Assembly (NCBI GenBank): GCA_964016885.1
Contig: OZ024762.1
Coordinates: 11,718,001-11,782,000 of the forward strand
From: Eledone cirrhosa
Lineage: Eukaryota
DNA: 64,000 bases
Direction: 5' to 3'
Positions 42,431-55,165 of the stretch are shown piece by piece. Under the pieces are notes generated by a model. The model did not search any database. It had not been told where the DNA came from and saw only the letters and a program-made list of their open reading frames with translations. Position numbers and translations under genes: made by a program. The number at the start of each line of letters is the position of its first letter. Within the stretch, counting starts at the first letter, position 1.

Positions 42431-42519
42431 TGTGTATGTATACATATAAGTGTTTTAACCTGTTATGTGTCTGACAAAGAGATGCGGGGGGGGGGGGGGA
42501 TTGTCAAGTCCTAGTTAAC

Positions 42520-43685
42520 TGATGAACAGTGTGGTTTTCACCCCAGATGCAGCACAGCTGACCAAATATCCAGACTGTGGCAGGTCTTCGAGAAATCGTG
42601 GGAGTATTGCAAAGAAGTATTTTCTTGCTTTGTAAACCTTGAAAAGGCATATGACTGCATTCCTTGGGACCTGCTGTGGAAGGTTCTGCAGGAGTTTAGG
42701 GTCGATGGTCAGCTTCTTGCTGCCTTGATGCCTCTTTATGAATGTCCAAGTACTTGTGTTTGGATAAATGGTGCTAAATCCAAACTATTCAATGTGGGAG
42801 TTGGTCTCTGCCAAGGTGTGTACTGTCACCTCTCCTGTCCATTATTTTCATGAACAGGATTGACATGCTCAGCCGGCTTGGAAGTGGTATCATGACTGGT
42901 GGGTGTGGAATTTGCAGATGACATGGTGTTACTTAACTCGACAGAAGGTGATCTCTGTCTTGCACTTGATAGGTTTGATGCCGAGTGCTGCATGGCTAGA
43001 ATTAGTGCTGCGAAAACTGTGACACCCGTCCACTCAAGGAAGCCTGTACAGTACACACTACATGTGAATGGGGTTCCACCGAAGCAGGTAGAGAAGTTTA
43101 AGTATCTCGGAACCGTGTTCACAAGTGATGGAAGGCAGGAGGCTGAATTAAATGCAAGAATTGCAGGAGCTGGCGCAGTAATGTGCCAGCTTCAGTATTC
43201 TGTGATCAGAAGAAGGGAGGTAGGTGTAAAAGCCAAACTTGCTATCTTTAATTTGGTATTCATGCCAACCCTTACATATGGTCGTGAATGTTGGGTGATG
43301 ACTGAAAGAATATGATTGCATATACAAGCAGCTGAAATGGGGTTCTCCTCTGAAGGGTCTTTGGAGTAACATTACTCAATAGAGTGTGTAGCTCGGAGAT
43401 CAGAGAGTCACTCCAGGTAGAGCTGCTACTTTTCCGAATTGAGAGATCACAGCTCCGATACTATGGACATGTGGTCAGAATGTCTCAGGAAAGAAGCGCT
43501 GGGCAGATTTTACGGGCAAAACCAACCGGCAGCAGACCCTAAGCAAGATGGTTGGATAACATCCATGAGCTTGGCTGGTCTCGCTTGGGGAGCCAGCCGT
43601 GTCAGTTGGATATGGTTGCTTCTGACAGGACCTGCTGGAAGGAGTGTTTGACCTTCTCAGGAATACGTGGATGATGATGATGATG
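42520..43685 (+). mobile_element. 5'-truncated, inactivated RTE-clade LINE (RT domain to 3' end) in GTPase intron 1
   Basis: EQCGF, FVNLEKAYD, VGVGLCQG, FADD, FKYLG and LTYGRECW motifs with frameshifts and stops; (GAT)n tail. Confidence 0.9.
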
Positions 43686-45879
43686 TAGTAGTAGTAGTAG
43701 TAGTAGTAGCAGCAGTAGTTATAGTAGTAGTAGTAGTAGTAGCAGCAGTAGTTATAGTAGTAGTAGTAGTAGCAGCAGTAGTTATAGTAGTAGTAGTTGT
43801 AGTAGTGGTAGCAGCAGCAGTAGTAGCAGCAGCAGTTATTGTAGTAGTAGTAGTACAACATTAATAAAAATTATACTAAAAATAGTACGTTATGGAAGTG
43901 GTGGTGGTGGTGAGGGGGGAGTTAATGAGAAACAGAGATAGTATAGGTGAGAGGGAGATAGAAAGAGGAGGAGGAGGAGTAGAACATAAATTAATGAGGT
44001 ATAGAGAAGAAAGAGAGGGAGAAGGAAAGATGTTTAAACATTTGCTGTAAAAACTGAAGAATTAAGTCTTTCATAAGTTGATTTGTTTTCTACAATCGTG
44101 AGGTTGTTTCACATTAGCAGGTTTTATAATACAACTTCTGTTGGTTTCATTTTGAATTCTTCACACACACAAATGTAGTCATACACACACACACATACAT
44201 AGCCACATACACACACACACACACACACAAATGTAGTCATACACACACACACATACATAGCCACATGCACACAAATGTAGTCATACATACATACACATAC
44301 ATAGCCACATACATACACACACATACATAGCCACATACATACATATATACATGAATGTAGTCATACATATAGTCATACATACATACACACAAATGTCATA
44401 CACACACACACAAATGTAGTCATACATACACACACAAATATAGTCATACATACATATGGAGGCACATGGCTTAGTGGTTAGAGCAATATTGGCCTTGCAA
44501 TCGAAAGGTTGTGAGTTCAATTCTCAGACCGGGTGATGTGTTGTTTCCTTGAGCAAGACACTTTATTTCACATTGCTCCAGTTTACTCAGCTGTAGAAAT
44601 GAGATGATAGGGACTTGGGCCCCTATCATTCCACTGTAAAGTGGTCGTGAAGGTGCCACGGCAAAAAAGCACCCAGCACTCACTGTAAATGAGGTTGGTG
44701 TTAGGAAGGGCATCCAGGTGTAGAAATCATACCAGAATCAGTCCCCGTCCCACCCTTGCAAGCAGGAAAAGTGGACGTAAAATGAAATGAAATGATAATA
44801 CATACATACATACACACATACATACACACAAATAGTCATACATACATACATACATACACACAAATATAGCCACATACATACACACAAATATAGTCATACA
44901 TACATACATACACACAAATATAGCCACATACATACACACAAATATAGTCATACATACATACATACACACAAATATAGCCACATACACACATACAAATATA
45001 GCCATACATATATACACACACACAAATATAGCCTTACATACATACACACACAAATATAGCCATACATACATACAAATGTAGTCATTCATACATACACAAA
45101 TATAGCCACATACATACACATGAATGTAGCCATACACACACACATATAGTCATATACACACACATGCTTCAACCATTTTGTTATACTGAGGTTAATGGTG
45201 ATGGTGGTGGTGGTGGTCATGATCATGGTGGTGGAGGTGGAGGTGGTGGAGGTGGTAGTGTTATCTGTTATGTTACTGATTATCACTGACATCATACACA
45301 TGATTTCTTATGTGTGTGTGTATGTGTCATAAACTGGTGTGTGTGTGTGTGTGTATGAGTGTGATAAACTGGTTCCCCTGTGTGTGTGTATGTGTCATTC
45401 CACAATATCTTGGCATGTGTGTGTGTCATTCCACAATATCTTGGCATGTGTGTGTATGTGGTAAGCTTGTTTGTGTGTGTGTGTGTGTGTAGTAAGCTGG
45501 TTTGTGTGTGTGAGAGAGAGAGATATCTTGGCATGTGTGTATGTGTATTGTAAACTTGTGTGTGTCTGTGTGTGTTTATTTACGATATCTTGGTGTATGT
45601 GTGTGTGTGGTATACTGGTGTGCATGTGTGTGTAGTAAATTGGTGAGTGTGTGTATGTATGTTCACACTATCTTGGTGTATGTAAGTATAGCGGTGTGTG
45701 TGTGATCTACTGGTATGTGTATGTTTAAAGCTTGGTGTGTGTGTGATCTACTGGTATGTGTATGTATGTATCCAGTATGTGTGTGTATATGTATGTTTGT
45801 AGTATCTTGGCATGTGTATGGTAAATTGATGTATGCGTGTGTTTTCATGTGTTTGGATTAATTTCTTATATGAAAGGAT

Positions 45880-46290
45880 GAAATAATAATAATGAAAATG
45901 TGTACAGTGCTCAGGTGCACTACAACTCGTCAAAGGTGTATGTATAGTACATAGAATAATACACAAATGTCATGGAAGTGAATAGTGTATGAGTCATGGT
46001 ATACATGTGTGTATGTTTATGGAGGGGGAACATTAACTGTAGTGTTGGCGGATCTCGGGAAGCATGGAGGCCTTAAAGGATGCAGTGTCTCGACAGCTAA
46101 CAACTGATGCAGGTAGTTTGTTCCGTGCTTCAGCAACTCTGAGCGTGAAAAAATGTTTCCGAAAGTCATGGGAACTGTGCTGTTTTCTGACTTTGTGGGC
46201 ATGTCCACGTGTGTTAGACACATGGAAATCAAAAAGGTACTCAGGGTTGTTGTTGGCAAGATGGTTAACAATTTTGTGGGTGTTTACCAA
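45880..46290 (-). mobile_element. CR1/L2-like LINE 3' end
   Basis: TRGHAHKVRKQHSSHDFRKHFFTLRVAEARNKLP. Confidence 0.75.
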
Positions 46291-46332
46291 GTGGTGGCAT
46301 TAATCCATGTAGCACCTTAAGTTTTCTACTGA

Positions 46333-46367
<35 letters not shown>

Positions 46368-46669
46368 GATACATATACACACAATATACTTCCCACAGGT
46401 ACAAGCTGAAGCTGAAGCATATAGACAATATGCCCCCACACCCTCCCACTGCAAAGTGGTTGTGGAGGCGCCACGGTAACAAAGCCCCCACCCAGCACTC
46501 ACTGTAAATGAGGTTGGTGTTAGGAAGGGCATCCAGCTGTAGAAATCAAGCCAGAATCAGTTCCCGTATGAGCAAGACAAGATCACCCGATCAGACACTG
46601 CTCACAACAGGACAACCCGTCCAACCCATGCTAATGTGGAAGAACGGACATAAAACGGTGATGATGATG

Positions 46670-46725
<56 letters not shown>

Positions 46726-47302
46726 CAAAAGAAACAAAAGTTTCCTTGGTCCAATTTGACAAGGTCCACCTTACTCAGCAAGCGAATGAGCTTTTGGATC
46801 TTGTCAATCGATCAGAGTGAGAGCTATATGAGAATTACTGCCATCTAGTATCTTACAGCAGAGGTCCCCAACCACCAGGCCATGTTTAAATATTCAATGT
46901 TCATCTATTCAATACACTTTTTCTTCCCTTTATAAATTGCTCTCTTTATCGAAATGCACTTAAACCCTTTAGCATTCACATTATTCTATATATACTATTA
47001 TATTTTCATGGTAAAGGCTTTATCTCACATAATATCGAATCTATGAGATTTTGAAAACAATACCTTAACATCAGTTTGAGTGACCAGTTACAGCCAGTTT
47101 CAACAGAAAGAGGTAGAGAATTCTGGCTGGTTTTGGCCAGTTTGAACATTAAAGGGTTAAATAACATATGTGCAACTACCGGTCTGCAGAAAGATTGTCC
47201 GGCATGAAGCCAGTCCAAGGTATAACAAAGGTTGGAGGCCACTGTCTTACAGTATATAAACAGTATCTTGTAATGTTGCAACCTCTCTTTTCTCTTTTTT
47301 AG

Positions 47303-47359
47303 CGCTGTCTGTCCGATTCCTTACCAGGAGGTTTATAGGAGAATATGATCAATCATCAG
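47303..47359 (+). CDS. RERG: RERG-like GTPase exon 2 (switch I)
   Basis: tttttag| ALSVRFLTRRFIGEYDQSS, donor G|gtaagt. VRFLTxRFIGEY is typical of RERG/RASL11/RASL12. Confidence 0.9.
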
Positions 47360-48248
47360 GTAAGTCCAATATCTGTGTTGTACCATTTAGCCGGGGAGGG
47401 AAGAGCAGTGCCCATTACAGTTTTCTGAGCCTCCGAGACTGGTGGTAGTTTAGAACAAGGCCTTGGATAGATTTTACGGGCAAAACCAACAGGCAGGAGA
47501 CCCAGGGGTAGACCCCGAGCAAGATGGTTGGATAACATCCATGAGCTTGGCTGGTCTCACTTAGGGATCCTGCTGGATCAATTGGAGATGGTTGCTTCTG
47601 ACAGGACCTGCTGGAAGGAGTGTTTGAGGACTTTGTCTCCACGAACCTCTCAGGTAAGAGATGACATTGATGATGGAGGAAGAAGAAGAAATATTTAAAA
47701 GTCGTGTGTGGTTGGTGTTAGGACGGGCATCCAGCCGTAAAAATCCCAGCCCAATCTACAGTCCCCGTCAGAGCAAGATATGGCGTGGTCAGTTCTGGCC
47801 AGACTTGTCTCTCGACGTGACTGACCCATCTAGGCCATCCAAGCATGGAAAAATGGACATTAAACGGTGATGGTGATGATGATGATAGACTGTCTTTCAT
47901 TAGAAATATGGTAATAAAGCTGTTAAATCATACTTTATTATCTTAACCCTTTAACATTTAAACCGGCCATATCCAGCCAGAATTCTCTCACCTCTTTCTC
48001 TTCAAAACAGCTGTAACCAGCCATACATACTGATGTTAAGGTATTGTTCTCAAAATAAATATCAAAATCTCATAGATTCGATATTATGTGAGATAAAGCA
48101 TTTATTGCGAAAATACAATAGTATATATAGAGTAATGGAACTGCTAAATGGTTATGAAAGACACTACCGACCATCATGTCTTCTTTATTGTTGTTGTTCT
48201 CATGAGTTTTCTTTCTTTCTCTTTCTTCACCCCACCCATCTCCTCCAG

Positions 48249-48322
48249 ATACAAAATACAAACATAATGCTGTGGTGGATGGAGAATCTGTAGCATTTGA
48301 AATAATGGATACCAGATCTTTG
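48249..48322 (+). CDS. RERG: RERG-like GTPase exon 3
   Basis: ctccag| DTKYKHNAVVDGESVAFEIMDTRSL, donor TTG|gtaagt. Confidence 0.88.
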
Positions 48323-49159
48323 GTAAGTAGGTTCCAGCTATTTCTTTGATACCAAACAACCTGCTGAAACTACTCCTGAATCTCTCATACAAAACTGTTT
48401 GTTTTAAAGTAGTTATATTTATCTAAAACCCTTCTATTATAATTTAACATTAACCCTTTAGTATTTAAACCAGCCGTATCCAGCCAGAATTCTCTCACCT
48501 ATTTCTGTTCAAACTGGCCATAACCAGATGCTTATACTGATGTTAAGGTATTGTTCTCAAAATAAATATCAAAATCTCGTAGATTCGATATTATGTGAGA
48601 TAAATTATGTGAGGTAAAGCCTTTACTGTGAAAATACCATAGTATATATATAGAGTAATGTAAATGATAAATGGTTAAGTTATGTTTTAAAGTGGTTATA
48701 TTTATCTAAAACCCTTCTATCATAATTAAGTTATGTTTCAAATATAAGCTTAATATTGATAAAGTTTGTTATATTACTAAATGCCACAAAATTCTTGATT
48801 ATTTTCAAAATCATAGGCAGTATCTTTTCTCAGAAATATAACAACAAAAAAGGTTAAAGTGGTTATATTTATCTAACGTGGAAAAATGGACGTAAAATGG
48901 TGATGGTGTTGATGATGATGAAACATACTTTTATACATATACATGTCATCCACATCATTTTACATCTACTTTCCACACTGTCAAGTGTTGGACAAGCTGT
49001 CACAGTTCAAGCCAAGGCAGGTCAAAGTAAACTTTTCTCCGTCAAACAAATTTCACTGTCATGGCATCTAGTCAATTCCACTTTGTCGCTTCTCTCACAC
49101 ACAACTCTAGTATCTCTTGTTGATGTTGTTGTTTACTGTTTGATTTGTGTCGTGGACAG

Positions 49160-49367
49160 AACCAAGATAATGGAGCACGAGATGAGGTAATCCGCTGGGG
49201 TGATGGGTTCATGCTTGTCTACTCAGTGACCAGTCGGACAAGCTTCGACATAATTCTAGACATTCGACGGAAGATTGAAGATGTGAAGAAAGCTGCCCAT
49301 GTTCCGGTGATTATAGTTGGCAACAAAGCAGATATGGCACATGTGCGGCAGGTGACACATGATGAAG
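49160..49367 (+). CDS. RERG: RERG-like GTPase exon 4 (G4 box)
   Basis: gacag| ...IRWGDGFMLVYSVT...PVIIVGNKADM..., donor G|gtaact. Confidence 0.9.
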
Positions 49368-49910
49368 GTAACTTGTCGCAACATTTTCTCCTAGTAACAT
49401 ACATTCCTTATGTCTATATATATAAAGTTGTAGTCCCTGTCTGTTTGTTTGTTCACAAACTCCTCCTATGGTTTTGGAGATAGACCCCCATAACCATATA
49501 TATTCTGAAACTACATTGCCCAGGGTACTTGGATAAGTATATTTCATTTTAATCAAAGGGTTTTTCAGGGGCACACACTCCTGCTGAAACTTTTTCCCTT
49601 CAATTTATATGAAATTTAAACCATAGGTAAATGACAAGATATGATGCCTATTCATAACATTTCAGCAAATTTCAATAATATTAAGACACCCTAATGGAGT
49701 TTTTAAAATCAATCATCATTTTCTTACAAAAACAATGTGTGAAACGCAGCAAAGCGCGGGTAATTCAGTTAGTATATATATATATATATATATATATAGT
49801 TGAACACTGGTGAGTTATATCCGTAGTGGTAGAGCACTCAATCCATGGGACGAGTTTGGTAGAAGTAGTTCCACAACAGTTAGTTCACCATACTGAGAAC
49901 AAATGTTTAG

Positions 49911-49953
49911 ACTGAGCTGAAGATCCGAATAAGGTGAAATATTTGTTTTCGGT
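49911..49953 (+). ncRNA. Degenerate minimal hammerhead ribozyme inside a long inverted repeat
   Basis: ACUGAG-CUGAAGA-uCC gaauaa GGu-GAAA-UAUUUG-UU-UUCGGU. Stem II has a U-U closing mismatch. Confidence 0.55.
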
Positions 49954-50130
49954 ATGGTGAAGTAAGAGTTGTGGAACTACTTCTATATATATATATATAT
50001 ATATGTAGGAGGTGAGTTTTATTGTAGTACAATAAAGCAATGCAGATATCGGATAAGAAGCACTCTACAGTTTGTGGGACTGGAGTATGCATAATATAAG
50101 ATCAAAAGATGGTTAAAGGAGTTCCATATA

Positions 50131-50197
50131 TTTTATTATGCGCATTTCAAAAACAATCATCATCAAGCAATAATATTTGTGTTTTCATCAGATAAAA
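50131..50197 (-). ncRNA. Minimal type I hammerhead ribozyme (Penelope-type)
   Basis: UUUUAU-CUGAUGA-AAACA...UGUUUUU-GAAA-UGCGCA-UA-AUAAAA. Stem II is weak. Confidence 0.7.
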
Positions 50198-50258
50198 CAG
50201 GAGAATATGATATGAAGGCTAAAAAACACTTGTGGATAGTGCAGTTTTAAATCAACAT

Positions 50259-50338
<80 letters not shown>

Positions 50339-50734
50339 GAAGTTGTAGTTTGCTTGAAGCATTGTGTATGGTATATAAATGTTATTTCCCTTTGAAGAAG
50401 AGATTTTATATCGAAATATCAGGACAGATAAATGTGTGTGTATATGTATGTATATACATGTGTATGTATGTATGTATGTATATATATATATGGATGTGTA
50501 TGTATGTATGTATATATATGTATATATATGTATGTATGTATGTATATATATATGTATGTGTATATATGCTGTGTATGTATATATATATGTATGTGTATAT
50601 ATGCTGTGTATGTATATATATACATGTATGTATATGTGTGTGTGTATATATATATGTATATATGTATGTTTAAAAAAGGAAAAGAATAATTTTACAATGA
50701 TGGTGGTAGTGATGATGATGGAGATGATGATGAT

Positions 50735-50765
<31 letters not shown>

Positions 50766-50820
50766 CATTTTACAAAGCAAACATCTTCATTTTTTTTTTT
50801 TTTACATCTTGCTTCACCAG

Positions 50821-50987
50821 GTCGTCTGCTTGCCATTGACTTTGGCTGCCCATTTATGGAAGTCTCAGCATCTGAAGATGTCAACAAAGTTTTAGAATCC
50901 TTTCACATTCTCTGCAGAGAAATCATTGATTTTAAACGTAAATCTCGAACTTTCCTTGATCGTGTTTTCGGGTTGAAAAAATCATGA
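50821..50987 (+). CDS. RERG: RERG-like GTPase terminal exon (G5 box, no CAAX)
   Basis: caccag| [20 protein letters not shown]...RVFGLKKS*. Spliced CDS totals 645 nt = 214 aa. Confidence 0.9.
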
Positions 50988-52548
50988 CCTCCTTTGTAGC
51001 GCTATGACAACGCAGAAACGGAAAGAGGAAAAAAAATAACATAAGAAAGAAAGAAACAAACAAAAAATATAAAAATGGAGGAAAGGTAAAAATAACAACA
51101 AAAATAGGATTTTTTTTTTTTTTAAACCAAAAAAAAAAACCCCAAATAGCGAGACACAAGCAGTTGATATTGCGGTGAGAAAGAGTTTATTCTTGTGTGG
51201 ATTATCGTACTGTCTTTATCGACAGAAAAGAATTTCATTTGCAAACATGATACTGGCTTGTGGCAATATTTCGTGACGACCATTATCATCACACACAGCC
51301 GAGTGTTGTTGGTGAAGCTAATGGAATAAATAATAATGTGAGACTCTAGTGGAATGTGTGGACACCTATAGATATATTGTGGCTTAATAATTCTGGCAAA
51401 GAAATCTGGGATAGGGATGAGGGAGGGGGGGGGCAGGATTGGGTAAAACAAAACAAAACAAAACAAAACAAAACGTAAAATAACAACCCAAGACTTCATC
51501 TATTTGTATTTTTGAATTTTTTTTAATTTATTTTTTATTTAATTTTTTTGTAGAATAAAATTTTTTAATTTGGTTTTCTTTGCTCCATTTTTTCTTTTTC
51601 GAAATATTAGAAGTAAAAAAATGTTTTTGTTGAACAAAATAGATATTTATATTTAACAACTTGATTATGTATTAATTTCCCCAGACATATGGCATAGTGG
51701 TTAGGGTGTTGGACACATGATCAAACCCTGAGCACCTTTTTGATTTCCATGTGTCTAACACCCATGGACATGCCAACAAAGTCAGAAAACAATACAGCTC
51801 CCATGACTTCCGGAAACTTTTTATTTTATTTTCATGCTCAGTTGCTGTAGCATGGAACAAACGACCTGCATCAGTTGTTAGCTGCTGAGACACTGCATCC
51901 TTTAAAACCTCCATGCTTCGTGAAATTCACCAACACTACACCTAATGTTCTCTCTCCATACACACGCACACATGTATATCATGACTCGTACTGTTCATTT
52001 TCCTGACATTTCTACATTATTCTATGTACCATACATGCACCTTTGATGAGTTGTAGTGCACCTGAGCACTGTATACAATAATTTTCATTATTATTAGGCC
52101 GAGGTTAACTTTGCCTTTCATCCTTACGGGGTCGATAAAATAAAGTACCAGTAATGCACTGGGGTAATTGCTGGTCTGGTGCCAAAAGTAGATACAATTA
52201 TCATTATAACTACATAGGTTTGGTTCCTAGACTGAGTTGCATATTGTGTTCTTTAAAAAGATACTTTATTCCATGTGGCTCTATCTGCCAGGAGTTGCAA
52301 CAGGCAGATAGTATCAGCAATGGGAAGACCAGTGAAAACAGGAGTTGTGACAAGGCAGATCCGGATCACATCCTTGCTCACTGCTATAGGAACAGAGTTG
52401 GCTCCCTGCAGGTACGAGCCCTGCAAGGTGGAGTGACTGTTCCAGCACATCACCCCTGCAATCCTCCAGACCAACATCTTCTTCATTCTGTAAGCCCTGA
52501 GCAAGTGGTGAACAAAATAGAGCAGGTGTAGGGTGGCGGCACTCAGAC

Positions 52549-53135
52549 TTAACCCTTTAGTATTTACATTACTCTATATATACTATTGTATTTTCACAGT
52601 AAAGGCTTTACCTCACATAATATCTCACATAACATTTACATTACTCTATATATACTATTGTATTTTCACAGTAAAGGCTTTACCTCACATAATATCTCAC
52701 ATAACATTTACATTACTCTATATATACTATTGTATTTTCATGGTAAAGGCTTTACCTCACATAATATCTCATATAACATTTACATTACTCTATATATACT
52801 ATTGTATTTTCACAGTAAAGGCCTTACCTCACATAATATCTCATATAACATTTACATTACTCTATATATACTATTGTATTTTCACAGTAAAGGCCTTACC
52901 TCACATAATATCTCACATAACATTTACATTACTCTCTATATACTATTGTATTTTCACAGTAAAGGCTTTACCTCACATAATTATCTCATATAGTATCAAA
53001 TCTGAGATTTTGATATTATTTTTTTTTAGAACAATACTTTCACATCAGTATGAGTGGCCAGTTACAGCCGGTTTGAACAAAAAGAGGTGAGAGAATTCTG
53101 GCTGGATATGGCCGGTTTAAATGCTAAAGGGTTAA
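52549..53135 (+). mobile_element. piggyBac-like MITE with about 6 x 72-bp array
   Basis: TTAA-flanked, both TIRs present. Confidence 0.85.
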
Positions 53136-54467
53136 CCACCAACACTAGGGAAGTTGTAGTACCCCAGGCATAACTAAAGAGTCCCAGTAAAAGAATGAAA
53201 AAAAAATGTTTCTGTAATCTATTAGTTACATGGATTAATCCGTTCATGGTCGTATATTTCACAAAATACACTGAACATATTTCATTTAATTTTGAAAATA
53301 ATAAAGAATATAGAGGGCTTTAGTGAAATAACTTTTTTCCATTTACACTTCCATTACCATATTTCTCATGAAATACGCTGTATTTGAATAAATTAATGGA
53401 AAACTCGAAGCAATTTACTACAATGACCTTCAAAACACCAAAAAAACAATAGGAAAATCATAAATTTCACCTCCAACGTGAGACGGGAGAAAATGTAAAA
53501 ATTTACTCTTGATTAATCGATCCCCCTAATTAATGTTTTCTGATTTGGGCACAAAGCCGATTAAATCGACTCCAGTGCGTTACTGGTACTTTATTTTATC
53601 GACCCCGTAAGGATGAAAGGTAAAGCTTAACCTTGGCGGAAAAGCAAAGTTAACGTTAAAGGGATTTAAGCTCTAAACTCGAAGCTGAGAAAGTTGGAAC
53701 AAACTCCTGAATATTTGCCAAACCGACCCAAATATATTATTATAATCTATCACGGTACCGAGTACAGTTTTTATGCGTATGTTATTCCATATGGGGGGGG
53801 GGGGGGCTAATCTGTGAAGGGACGTAACTCAACATCAGCCATTTAATAAATTGCGTGCTGGAACGATATAATTAACGAAAGTCAAAGGTCGTTACAGCTT
53901 GGCACCAGTGTCATCCTAACTCATTATTTCCAGCTAAGTGAACTGGAGCAACTTGAAATAAAGCATCTTATACACTACGTGCTTTCACCTACCAACTGTA
54001 CTGCTCTACAGAAGAAGAAACTCGCAGAAGCGATATTTATCATGTTACACCGCATGACGAAGGAGCGATATTTATCATGTTACACCGCATGACTATAGTA
54101 ACCTCAACCATTGCAGGTATGTTAACACGTGTTTTCTTTTTTTGTACCTTCATTTTCTGCTGTATGTTTTAAAACGAAGGTTGCTCTCTTTAATTCTGTA
54201 TTCGTGTCAACCCTTACTTATGGTCGTGAATCTTGGGTAAATACTGAGAGAATACCAGTGGCCGAAATGGAGAACGCCGGTAGTGTCTTTGGAGTAAAGT
54301 CATTTGATACGATGTTTAAGTCAAAATATCAGGGAGTCAATCCAGGTAGTCCTGCTATTTCTAGTATACAGGGGAACCACGTAGAGGCTAACGATGGTGG
54401 ATGACGAAATTTTAATAATTGTGTTGACATAGTGTTAAGTGTTTTAATCAATCTAGTTTCCTCAGTT

Positions 54468-55165
54468 GGTGCAGCCCGTCGCTGGGGTGCCACTGGTGTA
54501 GCCTGACGTTGGGGTTCCTCTCTAGATGTGCCACTGGTGCAGCCTGTCGCTGGGGTGCCACTGGTGTGGCCTGACGTTGGGGTTCCTCTCTAGATGTGCC
54601 ACTGGTGCAGCCTGTCGCTGGGGTGCCACTGGTGTGGCCTGACGTTGGGGTTCCTCTCTAGATGTGCCACTGGTGCAGCCTGTCGCTGGGGTGCCACTGG
54701 TGTAGCCTGACGTTGGGGTTCCTCTCTAGATGTGCCACTGGTGCAGCCCGTCGCTGGGGTGCCACTGGTGTAGCCTGACGTTGGGGTTCCTCTCTAGATG
54801 TGCCACTGGTGCAATCCGTCGCTGGGGTGCCACTTGTGTAGCCTGTCGTTGGGGTTCCTCTCTAGATGTGTCGCTGGGGTGCCACTGGTGTAGCCCGTCG
54901 CTTGGGTGCCACTGGTGTAGCCCGTCGCTGGGGTGCCACTGGTGTGGCCTGTCGTTGGGGTTCCTCTCTAGATGTGCCACTGGTGCAGCCCGTCGCTGGG
55001 GTGCCACTGGTGTGGCCTGTCGTTGGGGTTCCTCCCTCGATGTGCCACTGGGACAGCCAGTCATTGGGGTGACACTCTAGATGTGCTACTGGGACAACCA
55101 GTCATTGGGGTGTCACTCTAGATGTGCCACTGGTACAGCCAGTCATTGGAGTGCCACTACAGCAG
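54468..55165. repeat. GC-rich 68-bp minisatellite (27 + 41-bp subunits)
   Basis: Unit gccactggtgtagcctgacgttggggttcctctctagatgtgccactggtgcagcctgtcgctggggt. Confidence 0.9.

Larger units (their letters stand above)
46961..48678. mobile_element. Three piggyBac-like MITEs around GTPase exons 2-3: 46961-47160 (+), 47943-48153 (-), 48450-48678 (-)
   Basis: Each matches the MITE consensus with TTAA-type ends. Confidence 0.75.

Noticed and set aside
42899-43315. 138-aa reverse transcriptase ORF as a functional gene
   Set aside because: Part of a truncated RTE LINE with frameshifts and stops on both sides.
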